Below, one piece after another: positions 1 through 10,375 of a DNA stretch of 64,000 nucleotides. Source of the DNA: an uncultured Nitrospiraceae bacterium (GTDB taxonomy: Bacteria > Nitrospirota > Thermodesulfovibrionia > Thermodesulfovibrionales > Dissulfurispiraceae). Location of the stretch: NCBI GenBank assembly GCA_963727805.1, contig CAVSHF010000005.1, forward strand, positions 192,001-256,000, read 5' to 3'. A program made the position numbers and the translations under genes. The first letter of the stretch is position 1. Every line of letters begins with the position of its first letter. The notes below the pieces were generated by a model, which was given only the letters and a program-made list of their open reading frames with translations, made no database searches and was not told where the DNA came from.

Positions 1-166
1 AAGACAACTCGGTCCACATAAACCAACTCTCAGATTGCTATGCAAGAAATCCTAATTACGTTATCAGTGTGCATCAAAAGGTCAAAGTGACCGTGCTAAA
101 AGTGGATTTGCAGCGATAAAGAATCGCCCTTTCCATGAAGAAATGATCTCCATTTGTAAAATCAAA

Positions 167-1267
167 CTAAACACTTTTCGGCAGAATGAAGCAGAATCTA
201 CTTCCTTTTCCAGGTGTGCTCTCGACCCAAATGTTTCCTCCATGGGCCTCCACTATCGTTCTGGCAACGGCGAGGCCGAGTCCCGATCCTTTCTGCACTC
301 TGTCGGCCCTGTAGAACGCATCAAATAAAAAGGGGACATGTTCAGCAGGTATACCTTCACCCGTATCCTCAACTTGTATAAGGAGGTCCTCTTTCCTGTC
401 GAGAACTCTTACGGTAACCACCCCACCCGGGCTTGTGTACTTTATCGCATTATCGATCAGATTGGTGATGACCCTGTTTACCATGTTCCTATCGGCTGTG
501 ATCAGCGGCAGCGATTTTCTTGGGATTTCTAGAAATATCCTGAGGTCCTTCTGGTCGGCCTTCACTTTCGCTATCTGGATCTGTTTCTCGATCAGCGGTC
601 TCATCTCCATTCGACAAGGCACCAAAGAATATTCTTTCAGATTAAATCTTGCAAACTCCATAAAGTTTGTTGCCAGGTAATTGACCGTTTTAAGCTCGTC
701 CTGCACTAATTGCAGATTTGCTTGCAAATCTTCTGTTTCACCTGAAAGGATTTCGCCCAGAATATGAATCGAGGGGACAATGGAATTTTTCATGTCGTGT
801 GCCAGCATGGAAAGAAGGTTGTTTCTTTCCCTCTCAAGTCTTGCTATTTCTTTGAGTCTGGTTTCGAGTTCCACAAGCAGCTTTTTGCGGTGTATGGAGT
901 AACGAATCGCTTTCGACAATAACATCGCATCGACACGTCCCTTTACCAGATAGTCTTGAGCGCCCTTCTGCACGGCGTTTACCGCAAACTCTTCATCAAT
1001 AAGCCCAGTCAAGACGATTACAGGAGTATTGTCAGCGTGATCACGGACACGACAAAATGTGTCAATGCCTTGGCTGTCAGGCAATCCAAGATCGGATAGG
1101 ATGACGTCGAACTGCTTTAGGTTAAGACGTTCAAGTGCCGATGACATCCTATCCGCATGAGTTACTTCAATCTGAAGATCGGCCTCTGACAGGATTTCAC
1201 ATATCAATTCAGCATCGCTAGGATCGTCCTCGATCAGCAAAATCCTTATATACTGTTTCTCGTCCAC
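167..1267 (-). CDS. Hybrid response regulator/histidine kinase (REC-HisKA-HATPase)
   Basis: N-terminal REC (LLIEDD, ILSDL, YLVKG); H-box LAHDMKNS; N-box NLIDNAIKY; G-boxes DTGEG and GSGLGL. Confidence 0.93.
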   Translation of the reverse strand: MDEKQYIRILLIEDDPSDAELICEILSEADLQIEVTHADRMSSALERLNLKQFDVILSDLGLPDSQGIDTFCRVRDHADNTPVIVLTGLIDEEFAVNAVQKGAQDYLVKGRVDAMLLSKAIRYSIHRKKLLVELETRLKEIARLERERNNLLSMLAHDMKNSIVPSIHILGEILSGETEDLQANLQLVQDELKTVNYLATNFMEFARFNLKEYSLVPCRMEMRPLIEKQIQIAKVKADQKDLRIFLEIPRKSLPLITADRNMVNRVITNLIDNAIKYTSPGGVVTVRVLDRKEDLLIQVEDTGEGIPAEHVPFLFDAFYRADRVQKGSGLGLAVARTIVEAHGGNIWVESTPGKGSRFCFILPKSV

Positions 1268-1284
1268 GTTATCTCGCCAATCAG

Positions 1285-1752
1285 TTACTTGTTGTTTGAA
1301 GCGGGCATGTCCCCGCGACCAAGAGGAAGTTTGACAACGGTAAACCAGAAGTCTTGGATCGTCTCGACGATCTTGATAAACTCCTTAAGACCGATGGGTT
1401 TCGTTATCCAGCAGTTGGCTCCCCATTCATAACACCTTTGAATATCCCATGCATCCTGGGATGTCGTAAGTACCACAACAGGAATTGTTTTCAGAGCTTC
1501 GTCCTCCTTGAGTTCCTTCAGCACCTCCCGACCATCTTTCCTGGGGAGGTTAAGATCGAGTATGATCAGGTCAGGTCTCCTCGCATCCGTGTAAGGCGCC
1601 TCTCTCCTCAGGTAGTGCATCGCCTTGATGCCGTCGTCGACAGCTTCCAGATGGACTAGCATCTTCGAATCTTTCAGTCCTTCGCGTGTTAGTTCGACGT
1701 CAGCTGGATCATCCTCAACAAGGAGGACATCCACGCTCCTGATAGGGCTCAT
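1285..1752 (-). CDS. Single-domain response regulator (Rcp1-like)
   Basis: [21 protein letters not shown] and the C-terminal FWFTVVKLP typical of Rcp1-type receivers; overlaps the upstream kinase by 4 bp. Confidence 0.92.
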   Translation of the reverse strand: MSPIRSVDVLLVEDDPADVELTREGLKDSKMLVHLEAVDDGIKAMHYLRREAPYTDARRPDLIILDLNLPRKDGREVLKELKEDEALKTIPVVVLTTSQDAWDIQRCYEWGANCWITKPIGLKEFIKIVETIQDFWFTVVKLPLGRGDMPASNNK

Positions 1753-3533
1753 GATTCATTCACCTCTTTCTCGTTTTTCGGTAGTTTAAAATAAAAAGTT
1801 GAACCTTTGCCGAATTCGGATTCCGCCCAGATAGAACCTCCATGCCGTTCAACGACCTTCTTGCAAATTGCAAGGCCGATGCCGGTACCAGGATACTCCT
1901 CCTTCGTGTGAAGCCGTTGAAACATGACAAAAATACGATCAAGAAACGCCTTTTCTATCCCGATTCCGTTATCGCTGACCGAAAAGATCCACTCATTTCC
2001 CTCACTCCTTGCCGAAACATGGACCCGTGGCATGTCGTCGCGGTGGAACTTTATAGCATTGCTGATGAGATTCTGAAAAACCATGCCTATCTGTAACTCG
2101 TCCGCCATTACTAAAGGCAATTTATCGAAGGTAATCACAGCGCCGCTCTCCTTGATCCGATACTGTAGATCGTCAAGGGTACGCTTAAAGATATCGACGC
2201 AATCAGCCTTTGCGAATTTTCTTGTGCTTGTTCCAATGCGTGAAAAAGCGAGCAGATCATTGATAAGCAAACTCATCCTTTTTGCCCCATCGACAATATA
2301 GCAGATGTACCGGTCGGCATCGGGTCCCAGTTGCTCTTTGAATCGTCGTTCAAGCAACTCGGTGAAACTCACGACTTTGCGCAATGGCTCCTGCAGATCG
2401 TGTGAGGCGACATAGGCAAACTGTTCCAGCTCTTTGTTGGAACGCTCCAGGTCGACCAGCGTCCTTTCCAACTTCCGCTCTGCCTGTTTTCGCTCACCAA
2501 GTTCGGCTTGGAGTTTTTCTCTAATTTCCCTTTCAACCCTTTCCTTTTCCTGTAGCTGCACGGATAGAGAGCGGATCGAATAGAACAGTTCCATTCCGTC
2601 GTAAGCAATGACTGAGCCAATCAATATGGAGATTCCGGTAAAGAGAAAAAGCCCGATAATTACTTTTTTCACTGGTTCCAAAACTTCTTTTTCGGGCCTC
2701 TGCATAACAATACCCCATCCCCATTTCATGGGCTGGAATGTCAAAACTACAATCTCTTTGCCGACAGAATCAATACTCTTTTCAGAGCCGGTAAGCCCCT
2801 TTTTAACTTTACCCACCGCGGGGACGCCGGAGAAGTCATAGACCCTGTCCAACTTGTAACCGGGGTGATAAAGTAGATGGCCGTTCTTGTCAACCATGTA
2901 GACGAAACCCTTTCCGATATGCATGCCGCTCAATACGTCCTTGAAATAGTCCTCATTCGGGTGAAAGACCAAAATCCCCACAACGTTTCCGGATCGTTCT
3001 TTCACCGGCACCGCCATCGCAAAGATATACCGCTTTGGTTCCGCCGGCCTAAGAAAAAAGTCGGAAACGTAAGGTGACCAATGCGCGGAGACGCCATGGT
3101 ACCAGTCTTTATCGGATAGGTCCATCCTGACCAAGGCTGGGTCATGGGGATATGACGTTATGTTGATACCCCGAGGGGTCGTTACGAGAACTTTTTCAAA
3201 GGAAAGTGAATTGTCGATGAAGCTTTTGAGATGCATATCGATTTCTTTCGCATCATCTTTCTTCATCGCGCTGATCAGCAGCGGCCTATCGGCAAAGGTT
3301 TTGGCGTTCGAGATGTCGGTATTTATCTTCTCTTCGATATGATAAGCCGTCAAATTCAACAAAGTCTCATTTTCCGCCAGAACGATATGCTGAAATTCTG
3401 AGGTGACCTGCGAATAGATGAACATCGAAAGTGCCATGAGAGGAGCAACAACCGCAAGAATTCCGGAGACGATGATCCGCCACCTTTTTTCGAGAAGCCA
3501 TACTACTACTTTACTGTCAGCATTAATTACCAA
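1749..3533 (-). CDS. Membrane sensor histidine kinase with Cache domain
   Basis: Two TM segments around a Cache-like region ([27 protein letters not shown]); H-box [23 protein letters not shown]; start codon uncertain. Confidence 0.92.
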   Translation of the reverse strand: MVINADSKVVVWLLEKRWRIIVSGILAVVAPLMALSMFIYSQVTSEFQHIVLAENETLLNLTAYHIEEKINTDISNAKTFADRPLLISAMKKDDAKEIDMHLKSFIDNSLSFEKVLVTTPRGINITSYPHDPALVRMDLSDKDWYHGVSAHWSPYVSDFFLRPAEPKRYIFAMAVPVKERSGNVVGILVFHPNEDYFKDVLSGMHIGKGFVYMVDKNGHLLYHPGYKLDRVYDFSGVPAVGKVKKGLTGSEKSIDSVGKEIVVLTFQPMKWGWGIVMQRPEKEVLEPVKKVIIGLFLFTGISILIGSVIAYDGMELFYSIRSLSVQLQEKERVEREIREKLQAELGERKQAERKLERTLVDLERSNKELEQFAYVASHDLQEPLRKVVSFTELLERRFKEQLGPDADRYICYIVDGAKRMSLLINDLLAFSRIGTSTRKFAKADCVDIFKRTLDDLQYRIKESGAVITFDKLPLVMADELQIGMVFQNLISNAIKFHRDDMPRVHVSARSEGNEWIFSVSDNGIGIEKAFLDRIFVMFQRLHTKEEYPGTGIGLAICKKVVERHGGSIWAESEFGKGSTFYFKLPKNEKEVNES

Positions 3534-3668
3534 TCTACTCTCCGATAAATCATTCTATCATTTTAGCACAATCCTGATCGAAATCCGAGTAAGGTCCGGA
3601 TGCGAAAACCAAAGCATACGAGACAAACAAGTCCATTTATGATTATAATTCAAGAGTTGCTTAACGCT

Positions 3669-4631
3669 ATGGTAAGATCAGGAAAAATAGCGATAACGAT
3701 CGGCGATCCGGCTGGCATCGGTCCCGAGATTGTGCTCAAGTCACTTCTTTCTGACGAAGTTATGCGGGCATGTAGACCTCTTATTATCGGCTCGCGGAGC
3801 GTCTTGGAGACGGCATCGGAAAGGATGGGAATCCCCTTTCACCCCGTTGCTTATGATGTGCTCAACACTGGCGAGATTAAGAGCTGTGATTTTGCAAGAG
3901 GACACGTAACGGCCGAAGGTGGCAGGGATTGTGTCGAGTATATCAAAAAGGCCGTGGAACTCGCAATGCTCCGGGTGGTAGATGCGATTGTCACGGCACC
4001 CATCTCCAAGGAAGCCTTGAAGATGGCCGGATTCGGATGGCCGGGGCATACGGAGATGCTAGCCGAACTGACCGGCACAAAAGACTACGCTATGGTTCTC
4101 TGCGGAGGCCCGCTCAGGGTCATTCTGACTACAATTCACACTGCACTCAGAAACGTGCCTGACATGGTGACCAAAGAAAAGGTACTACAAACAATAGTTC
4201 TGGCGAAAAAAGCTTGCAGCATGATGGGCATCAAGGAGCCAAAGATTGCAGTGGCAGGCCTCAATCCGCACGGGGGTGAAGCAGGCATCTTTGGAGAGGA
4301 GGAAATACGCCACATTACGCCCGCGGTCAGAGAGGCGCAGGCTGCGGGGATTGCGGTCTCCGGTCCTTATCCTCCAGATGCGCTGTTCCACAAAGCCTAT
4401 CATGGCGACTTCGATATTGTCGTCTGCATGTATCACGATCAAGGGCTGGTCCCGCTGAAGATGATAGCCTTCGACAAGGGAGTGAACATGACCGTAGGGC
4501 TACCCATCATTCGCACCTCTCCCGACCACGGCACGGCACACGATATCGCATGGAAAGGTATCGCAGACCCCTCCAGCATGGTCGAAGCAATAAAACTTGC
4601 CGCTCAACTCGGAGGTACTCAGCAGCTATGA
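3669..4631 (+). CDS. pdxA: 4-hydroxythreonine-4-phosphate dehydrogenase
   Basis: GDPAGIGPE, GHTE, GLNPHGGE, MYHDQG and RTSPDHGTA motifs; ATG 3669 preferred to the ORF-track start at 3600. Confidence 0.95.
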   Translation: MVRSGKIAITIGDPAGIGPEIVLKSLLSDEVMRACRPLIIGSRSVLETASERMGIPFHPVAYDVLNTGEIKSCDFARGHVTAEGGRDCVEYIKKAVELAMLRVVDAIVTAPISKEALKMAGFGWPGHTEMLAELTGTKDYAMVLCGGPLRVILTTIHTALRNVPDMVTKEKVLQTIVLAKKACSMMGIKEPKIAVAGLNPHGGEAGIFGEEEIRHITPAVREAQAAGIAVSGPYPPDALFHKAYHGDFDIVVCMYHDQGLVPLKMIAFDKGVNMTVGLPIIRTSPDHGTAHDIAWKGIADPSSMVEAIKLAAQLGGTQQL

Positions 4632-5716
4632 AATTGTTCGAACCCTTCTCATTTGCCGGACTGAATCTAAAGAACCGGATCGTCCGTTCAGCAACATATG
4701 AAAAGAGGGCTGACATTGACGGATTCGTAACGGACGCACTGATCGCGCTTTACAAAGACCTGGCGCTCGGCGGCACCGGCCTGATCATAACCGGAAATGC
4801 TCTGGTTGATCTTTCGGGAAGATCAATCCCGCAGTTAATTTGCATACACAATGATCATTATGTTGACAAATTACGGAAACTCACCGATACAGTGCACAAC
4901 CTTGACGGCAAAATCGTGATACAGCTTTCTCACGGCGGCAGACAGTGTTTCCCTTCACTCTTGGGGGGTAAGCAGCCCATTGCACCGTCTGCGGTCTATG
5001 ATCCTTCCACGAAAATCACACCGCGCGCAATGGCCAACGATGAAGTGTGGGGAATTATCGATGCCTTTGCCGATTCAGCAAGAAGGGCTTTTTATGCAGG
5101 ATTTGACGGGGTGCAGATCCATGCGGCTCACGGATACCTCGTGAGCGCATTTCTTTCTCCCCATACGAACAGGCGGGACGACTACTGGGGAGGCGATGAA
5201 GAGCGGCGATTTCATTTCATCGAGGAGATTTACGAAGCGATGAGAAAAGAGGTGGGCAGCGTTTTCCCGATCATGGCCAAGATGAATGCAGACGACTTCA
5301 TCGAAGGCGGACTGAGACCATCCGAAAGTTTGCGAATAGCGAAGAGGCTTCAGGCAATCGGCTTCAGTGCCGTCGAAGTGAGTGGCGGTATGTTTGAATC
5401 AGGAAAGATGACAGTCAGGCCCAATATCGAAAGCGAAAGCCAGGAAGCATATTTCAGGGAGGCTGCGGGGCCTTTTGCAAAAGAACTAGAGATACCGCTA
5501 ATGATCGTTGGGGGAATACGCTCAAGGAGCATCGCAGAAGATATTGTTCAGAAGGGAGACGCAGACCTCATCTCGTTTTCACGGCCTCTCATAAGGGAAC
5601 CCGACCTACCGAATAAGTTCATCGCCGGCAAAGACCGGGCCGACTGCATCTCCTGCAACAACTGCATGCGCTTCCTGAAGCTCGATATGATAAAGTGCAC
5701 TCAGATCAAGTCATGA
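4628..5716 (+). CDS. NADH:flavin oxidoreductase (old yellow enzyme family)
   Basis: LKNRIVRSAT, GFDGVQIHAAHGYL, NRRDDYWGG, RPLIREPDL, CISCNNC; ATGA overlap with the pdxA stop. Confidence 0.92.
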   Translation: MKLFEPFSFAGLNLKNRIVRSATYEKRADIDGFVTDALIALYKDLALGGTGLIITGNALVDLSGRSIPQLICIHNDHYVDKLRKLTDTVHNLDGKIVIQLSHGGRQCFPSLLGGKQPIAPSAVYDPSTKITPRAMANDEVWGIIDAFADSARRAFYAGFDGVQIHAAHGYLVSAFLSPHTNRRDDYWGGDEERRFHFIEEIYEAMRKEVGSVFPIMAKMNADDFIEGGLRPSESLRIAKRLQAIGFSAVEVSGGMFESGKMTVRPNIESESQEAYFREAAGPFAKELEIPLMIVGGIRSRSIAEDIVQKGDADLISFSRPLIREPDLPNKFIAGKDRADCISCNNCMRFLKLDMIKCTQIKS

Positions 5717-5717
5717 T

Positions 5718-5747
5718 TTGACCTCAAGTCCGTTCTAGTTTTAATAT
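5718..5747 (+). promoter_or_regulatory. Putative sigma70 promoter for tyrS (leaderless geometry)
   Basis: TTGACC 5718-5723 and TAATAT 5742-5747 (overlapping TATAAT 5745-5750); ATG at 5755 with no SD. Confidence 0.55.
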
Positions 5748-5754
5748 AATTACT

Positions 5755-6966
5755 ATGCTCACGCCTGAAAAACAGCTTGAAATAATTAAAAGAGGCACCT
5801 TCGAAATTATCCAGGAGAAAGAGCTTTTCCTGAAGCTCGTAAAATCAATAAAAGAAAATAAGCCCTTAAAGATCAAGGCTGGATTTGATCCGACGGCACC
5901 TGATATCCATATCGGTCACACTGTTCTCATCGAGAAGCTGCGCCAGTTCCAGGAACTCGGTCATGAAGTCATTTTCCTTATCGGTGATTTCACCGGCATG
6001 ATCGGTGATCCGACCGGCAAGTCGGAAACAAGAAAGCCGCTCACAAAAAATGATGTTCTCAAAAACGCCGAGACGTACAAGGAGCAGGTCTTCAAAATCC
6101 TCGATCAGGAAAAAACAAGGATTACTTTCAATAGCCTGTGGCTTGAAAGCCTGAGCGCTATTGAACTTATCAAGCTTCAGGCAAAACAGACCGTGGCCCG
6201 CATGCTCGAACGAGAAGACTTCAAGCAGCGATTTCATAGCCAGACCCCTATCGGCATCCATGAATTCATTTACCCACTTTTGCAGGGATATGACTCGGTG
6301 GTGCTTCATGCCGATGTTGAACTCGGAGGCACGGACCAACGCTTCAATCTCCTGATGGGCAGGGAACTCCAGAAGGAATATGGACAGGAGCCACAGGTGA
6401 TCGTTATTATGCCACTCCTGGAAGGCCTCGACGGGGTCAAGAAAATGTCGAAAAGTCTCGGCAACTATATCGGCATCTCGGAGCAGCCAAAAGACATCTA
6501 TGGCAAGACTCTCTCCATCAGCGACGAGCTAATGATCAAGTATTATGAACTACTCAGTCACACTGGCATAGATGAACTCAAGAGACTCAAAGAGGGGCTG
6601 CGTGCCGGCACGATTCATCCCAAAAAAGCCAAGGAAGATCTTGCCATGGAACTCGTCGATAGATACTGGGGAAAAGAAGCCTCACGTCATGCCAAGGAAG
6701 AGTTTGACAAGGTTTTCAAGGACAAAGGTCTCCCCGATAACATCCCCGTTTTCGAACTCATATGGGATGATCATGAGATCTGGCTTCCCAGAATCATGAA
6801 GGCATCCGGTCTCGTCCAAAGCACAGGAGAGGCCATGCGCCTGATAAAACAGGGTGCAGTGAATGTCGATAATGAGAAGGTTGACAACCCAGATGCAAAG
6901 CTTGCTAAAGGTGATTACATCATCAAGGCCGGCAAGAGGAAGTTCGTAAGAATCAGGCCACTGTGA
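5755..6966 (+). CDS. tyrS: Tyrosine--tRNA ligase
   Basis: [23 protein letters not shown] and a C-terminal S4-like domain. Confidence 0.98.
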   Translation: MLTPEKQLEIIKRGTFEIIQEKELFLKLVKSIKENKPLKIKAGFDPTAPDIHIGHTVLIEKLRQFQELGHEVIFLIGDFTGMIGDPTGKSETRKPLTKNDVLKNAETYKEQVFKILDQEKTRITFNSLWLESLSAIELIKLQAKQTVARMLEREDFKQRFHSQTPIGIHEFIYPLLQGYDSVVLHADVELGGTDQRFNLLMGRELQKEYGQEPQVIVIMPLLEGLDGVKKMSKSLGNYIGISEQPKDIYGKTLSISDELMIKYYELLSHTGIDELKRLKEGLRAGTIHPKKAKEDLAMELVDRYWGKEASRHAKEEFDKVFKDKGLPDNIPVFELIWDDHEIWLPRIMKASGLVQSTGEAMRLIKQGAVNVDNEKVDNPDAKLAKGDYIIKAGKRKFVRIRPL

Positions 6967-7095
6967 GTAGCCCGCCTGTTGTACGTCAACATGGTAAAAG
7001 TCGAAACCGGCTATTCAGTCGCGTCATCCCCACGCGTTTCGTGAACACTGTGCAGCCGCAATGCAGTATTAAGGATAGTAGTCATGCGCGATGAC

Positions 7096-7824
7096 TTACG
7101 AATACGAGGTAAGGATATCCAAATCGATACAGGCCGCTGCAATTGCTTCTATCGATTCCGCCGAGATATCTTGTAAATAGGGGATAACGCCTATGATCGG
7201 CACAGAACATAGCTCTCGCAGAGCCTTAGGATTGGTCTTTTCAGCGATAGTTCCCTCGGCCGGGATGTTAAAGTTGATGATTAGCCCTGCAACATCGACG
7301 CCCTCGTTAAGAAGCTGAGTTACGGTAAGAAGCGTATGATTTATGGTGCCGAGTGCCGGTCGAGTGACTACCACTACTGGCAGTTCAAGTTCCTTTATGA
7401 GATCGATGACGAAATAGCTCCGCGAAGTCTTGCTAGTCGTTTTGCCCGCCAGGGGCACAAGAACTCCGCCTATGCCTTCGACAACCATAAAGTCGTATTT
7501 CCTGGAGAGAGCCCCGTAAGCATTGAATATCTTTTCGAGATCCACAGGTATGCCCTCCACTTGTGACGCAATATGCGGAGCAAGAGGCGCTTCGAAGCGC
7601 ACGGGCGTGATCAATTCGAGAGTATCGTCCATACCGGCAATTTCCTTTAATAACTTCCCGTCCGCCGGTTCGAGGATACCATCCTTACGATAGCATCCCG
7701 TTTCAATTGGTTTCATTGCCCCGGTTTTAATTCCGCGTTGCTTCAGCGCACGAACGATAGATGCGGAGGCAATGGTTTTGCCAACTCCTGTGTCGGTGGC
7801 TGTAACAAAAATACCTTTTGACAT
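7096..7824 (-). CDS. bioD: Dethiobiotin synthase
   Basis: TATDTGVGKT, KPIETG, VEGIGG, LGTINHTLLT. Confidence 0.96.
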   Translation of the reverse strand: MSKGIFVTATDTGVGKTIASASIVRALKQRGIKTGAMKPIETGCYRKDGILEPADGKLLKEIAGMDDTLELITPVRFEAPLAPHIASQVEGIPVDLEKIFNAYGALSRKYDFMVVEGIGGVLVPLAGKTTSKTSRSYFVIDLIKELELPVVVVTRPALGTINHTLLTVTQLLNEGVDVAGLIINFNIPAEGTIAEKTNPKALRELCSVPIIGVIPYLQDISAESIEAIAAACIDLDILTSYS

Positions 7825-7909
7825 TTATTTCCCTTTCATTCGAGCCTGAATTATATCAACGTCTTCATTCGTTACCTATCAGAAAATACTCAAATTAAAG
7901 ACGGGCGGG

Positions 7910-8620
7910 TCAAACGATCCTGCTGTCGAAGACGAAGGTCTGCCCGGTTATATTTTTGGTAGTGACGAGATAGGCGATAAACTGCGCCACATCACGCGGA
8001 TCCGACAGGGAATGCAGTAGGCTCACTGCCTTTGCCTGCTCAAGAGAACCGAAAGCCGTGGTTCCCATCCTTGTGGACATATATCCGGGCAGAACAGCAT
8101 TCACCCTGACATTATTGGGGGCGAGTTCAAGTGCTGCCGTCTTCGTTAGTCCGAGGAGCGCCGCCTTTGACGCACTATACGCAGCCTGCCCTTTGTTGCC
8201 CTTGAGTCCCGAATAAGAAGAAATATTGATAACATGCCCGTCCTGCTTCATGAGCGGCACGCAGGCTTTCATAACGTTGAAAGCACCTTTCACATTCACA
8301 GCCATGACCCTGTCCCAGTCCTCTTCACTCTGTTTGACAAGAAGATCATCACTGGTGATCCCCGCATTATTGACAATGATATCCATTCTTCCCCACAAAT
8401 CGAAAATCCTGCGGCCCATAAACTCGACATCTCCAAAGTTACCGACATCAGCCTGTACTGCGATCGCATTGTCGCCCAATTCAGTGACGAACGCATCCGC
8501 CGCTTCGCGCGATCGGTGATAATTGATAGCGACCCGGCAGCCACTTTGAAAAAGGGCACTAACGATCTCCCTTCCCAACCCGACTGCTCCGCCTGTCACT
8601 AGGGCAACACGCCCGTTCAT
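7910..8620 (-). CDS. SDR oxidoreductase, FabG-like
   Basis: TGGAVGLG, NNAG, YSASK catalytic motif; upstream of bioD on the same strand. Confidence 0.9.
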   Translation of the reverse strand: MNGRVALVTGGAVGLGREIVSALFQSGCRVAINYHRSREAADAFVTELGDNAIAVQADVGNFGDVEFMGRRIFDLWGRMDIIVNNAGITSDDLLVKQSEEDWDRVMAVNVKGAFNVMKACVPLMKQDGHVINISSYSGLKGNKGQAAYSASKAALLGLTKTAALELAPNNVRVNAVLPGYMSTRMGTTAFGSLEQAKAVSLLHSLSDPRDVAQFIAYLVTTKNITGQTFVFDSRIV

Positions 8621-8680
8621 GGCCTTCGTAAATTTAGCATATGGTATAATGTATGATATTTTGACTCAAGCGGAGGCACT

Positions 8681-9259
8681 ATGACAAGGTTTGAAGAAGT
8701 GCAGATGAAGCTCGCCGAATCTTCGAAGAACTTTCTCGAAGTTTATAATATACAGGTTTTTATCGAGCAGTTTTCACTTACTAGGGAGAGCAGGTTTTCA
8801 TTGACCCTGCCTGGAATGGAAGACCCCTACCCTGTTTCCGCAACGGTCTCCTTCACCTATGACGTCTTTCAGACTGGTATGTCAATGTATGACGACATGA
8901 AACCCGAGGATGACAGCGTCATTGCCGAAAATACGCTCGAACTCGACATCCTCGTAAGACTTCCCATGATGGAAGGCTACCCCGATATAGAAGGCCTTCT
9001 GCGCGAGATAGAGGTCCAGTACCCTGAATCCGAGCCCGTTCTTGTGGTGAAGGAATTTTATGGTGCTGGTCAACCGACAAAGGAATATGAACTGTCTTAT
9101 GGTTATGATGTTGAATCGGAGGATGTCCCGGAAGGTGAGGTATTGGATGGGGTTTTCGAAGAACTACGCGGTATAATGGAACTGATCTACGAGAAGACCA
9201 AGTACAATATCGACCAGTCATGGTACCGGGGCGAGGATGATCCCACTAAAGAATATTAA
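8681..9259 (+). CDS. Hypothetical acidic protein
   Basis: 192-aa ORF with GGAGG SD; overlaps the next gene; no recognised motif. Confidence 0.75.
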   Translation: MTRFEEVQMKLAESSKNFLEVYNIQVFIEQFSLTRESRFSLTLPGMEDPYPVSATVSFTYDVFQTGMSMYDDMKPEDDSVIAENTLELDILVRLPMMEGYPDIEGLLREIEVQYPESEPVLVVKEFYGAGQPTKEYELSYGYDVESEDVPEGEVLDGVFEELRGIMELIYEKTKYNIDQSWYRGEDDPTKEY

Positions 9260-9893
9260 GTATGTCCTCCTCGATATGGATGGGACGCTCTTGGACAAAT
9301 ACTTCGACGATTACTTCTGGGAGCATCTGGTTCCCGAAAAATATGCAGAAAAGCATAATATAACCTTCGGCAGGGCCAAAGAGGAGCTTCTCTTAAAGTA
9401 CCGGGCACACGAAGGAACGCTTAACTGGACCGATATCGATTTCTGGTCGAGAGAACTCAGGCTTGACATCCCGGCATTAAAAGAACAGATCAAACATCTG
9501 ATCGACGTCCACCCTCATGTTGATGATTTTCTGCGTGCGCTTAGGAGACACAAGAAGAAGGTGTACATGGTCACCAATGCCCATTACAAGGTCCTCGACA
9601 TAAAACTGAAGAAGACAGAGATCGGGAAGTATTTCGACAAATGCATTACTTCTAATGAGATGGGACACCCTAAGGAGCGAATCGAGTTCTGGGAAAAGCT
9701 CGAAAAGGTGGTCCACTTCGAGAAGGACAAGACACTATTTATCGACGACCTAGCGGAGATACTCAAGACAGCTCAGAACTACGGAATCAAATACCTCCTT
9801 CACAAAACAAGGGCAAGCTCTCAGAAGATCGATACCCCGCACTGCGGCTTCACCGCCCTCAAAGACTTCGGAGAACTCCTCGATTCGTTTTAG
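9237..9893 (+). CDS. HAD-family hydrolase (YrfG-like nucleotidase)
   Basis: LLDMDGTLLD, FDDYFW, GTLNW, VTNAH, LFIDD. Confidence 0.9.
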   Translation: MIPLKNIKYVLLDMDGTLLDKYFDDYFWEHLVPEKYAEKHNITFGRAKEELLLKYRAHEGTLNWTDIDFWSRELRLDIPALKEQIKHLIDVHPHVDDFLRALRRHKKKVYMVTNAHYKVLDIKLKKTEIGKYFDKCITSNEMGHPKERIEFWEKLEKVVHFEKDKTLFIDDLAEILKTAQNYGIKYLLHKTRASSQKIDTPHCGFTALKDFGELLDSF

Positions 9894-10085
9894 AAAGCTC
9901 CCCTTATCAGTACCGCTCGACTCTGACCGTATATTTTAGCAGATTTTAACGTCTGTCCCAGCATGTCTAACTTTCTGCCGTCCTTCAGGGCCGCTTTCAT
10001 CTGAAAAATATGAGATTTATGAGTATAATAAAGATACAGACTTGTGAAAAGAGAGTATATAAAGGTTAAATAAACGGTATGTTGT

Positions 10086-10355
10086 ATGGGTTCGCTTAAT
10101 AATCATTTCAAGCATTTCCTCACTAGAGAGTCCAGATTGTGGCCGAGGCTCAAATGCAATTATACTACTGAATGCTTTAATAACTATGGAAACCGATGGG
10201 CTTGTAAAGTCGTTGATCTCAGCCACCGCGGGGTGGGGATCGTTTCGAGTGCAAAGATGCAGGAGGGTGATACAATAAATATTGCCGACCCGAGGACGAA
10301 GGCCATCGTTGTGTGGGTCGAAAAAAGCAGGGCAGGCCTCAAGGTCTGTAACTAA
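10086..10355 (+). CDS. Stand-alone PilZ-domain protein
   Basis: RLWPR (RxxxR), DLSHRG (DxSxxG), VVWV...AGLK. Confidence 0.75.
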   Translation: MGSLNNHFKHFLTRESRLWPRLKCNYTTECFNNYGNRWACKVVDLSHRGVGIVSSAKMQEGDTINIADPRTKAIVVWVEKSRAGLKVCN

Positions 10356-10375
10356 GGGTCATCACTGAATCCACT

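Noticed and set aside
167..3533. HK / Rcp1-like REC / REC-HK triad as a novel system
   Set aside because: A widespread arrangement with all catalytic residues intact
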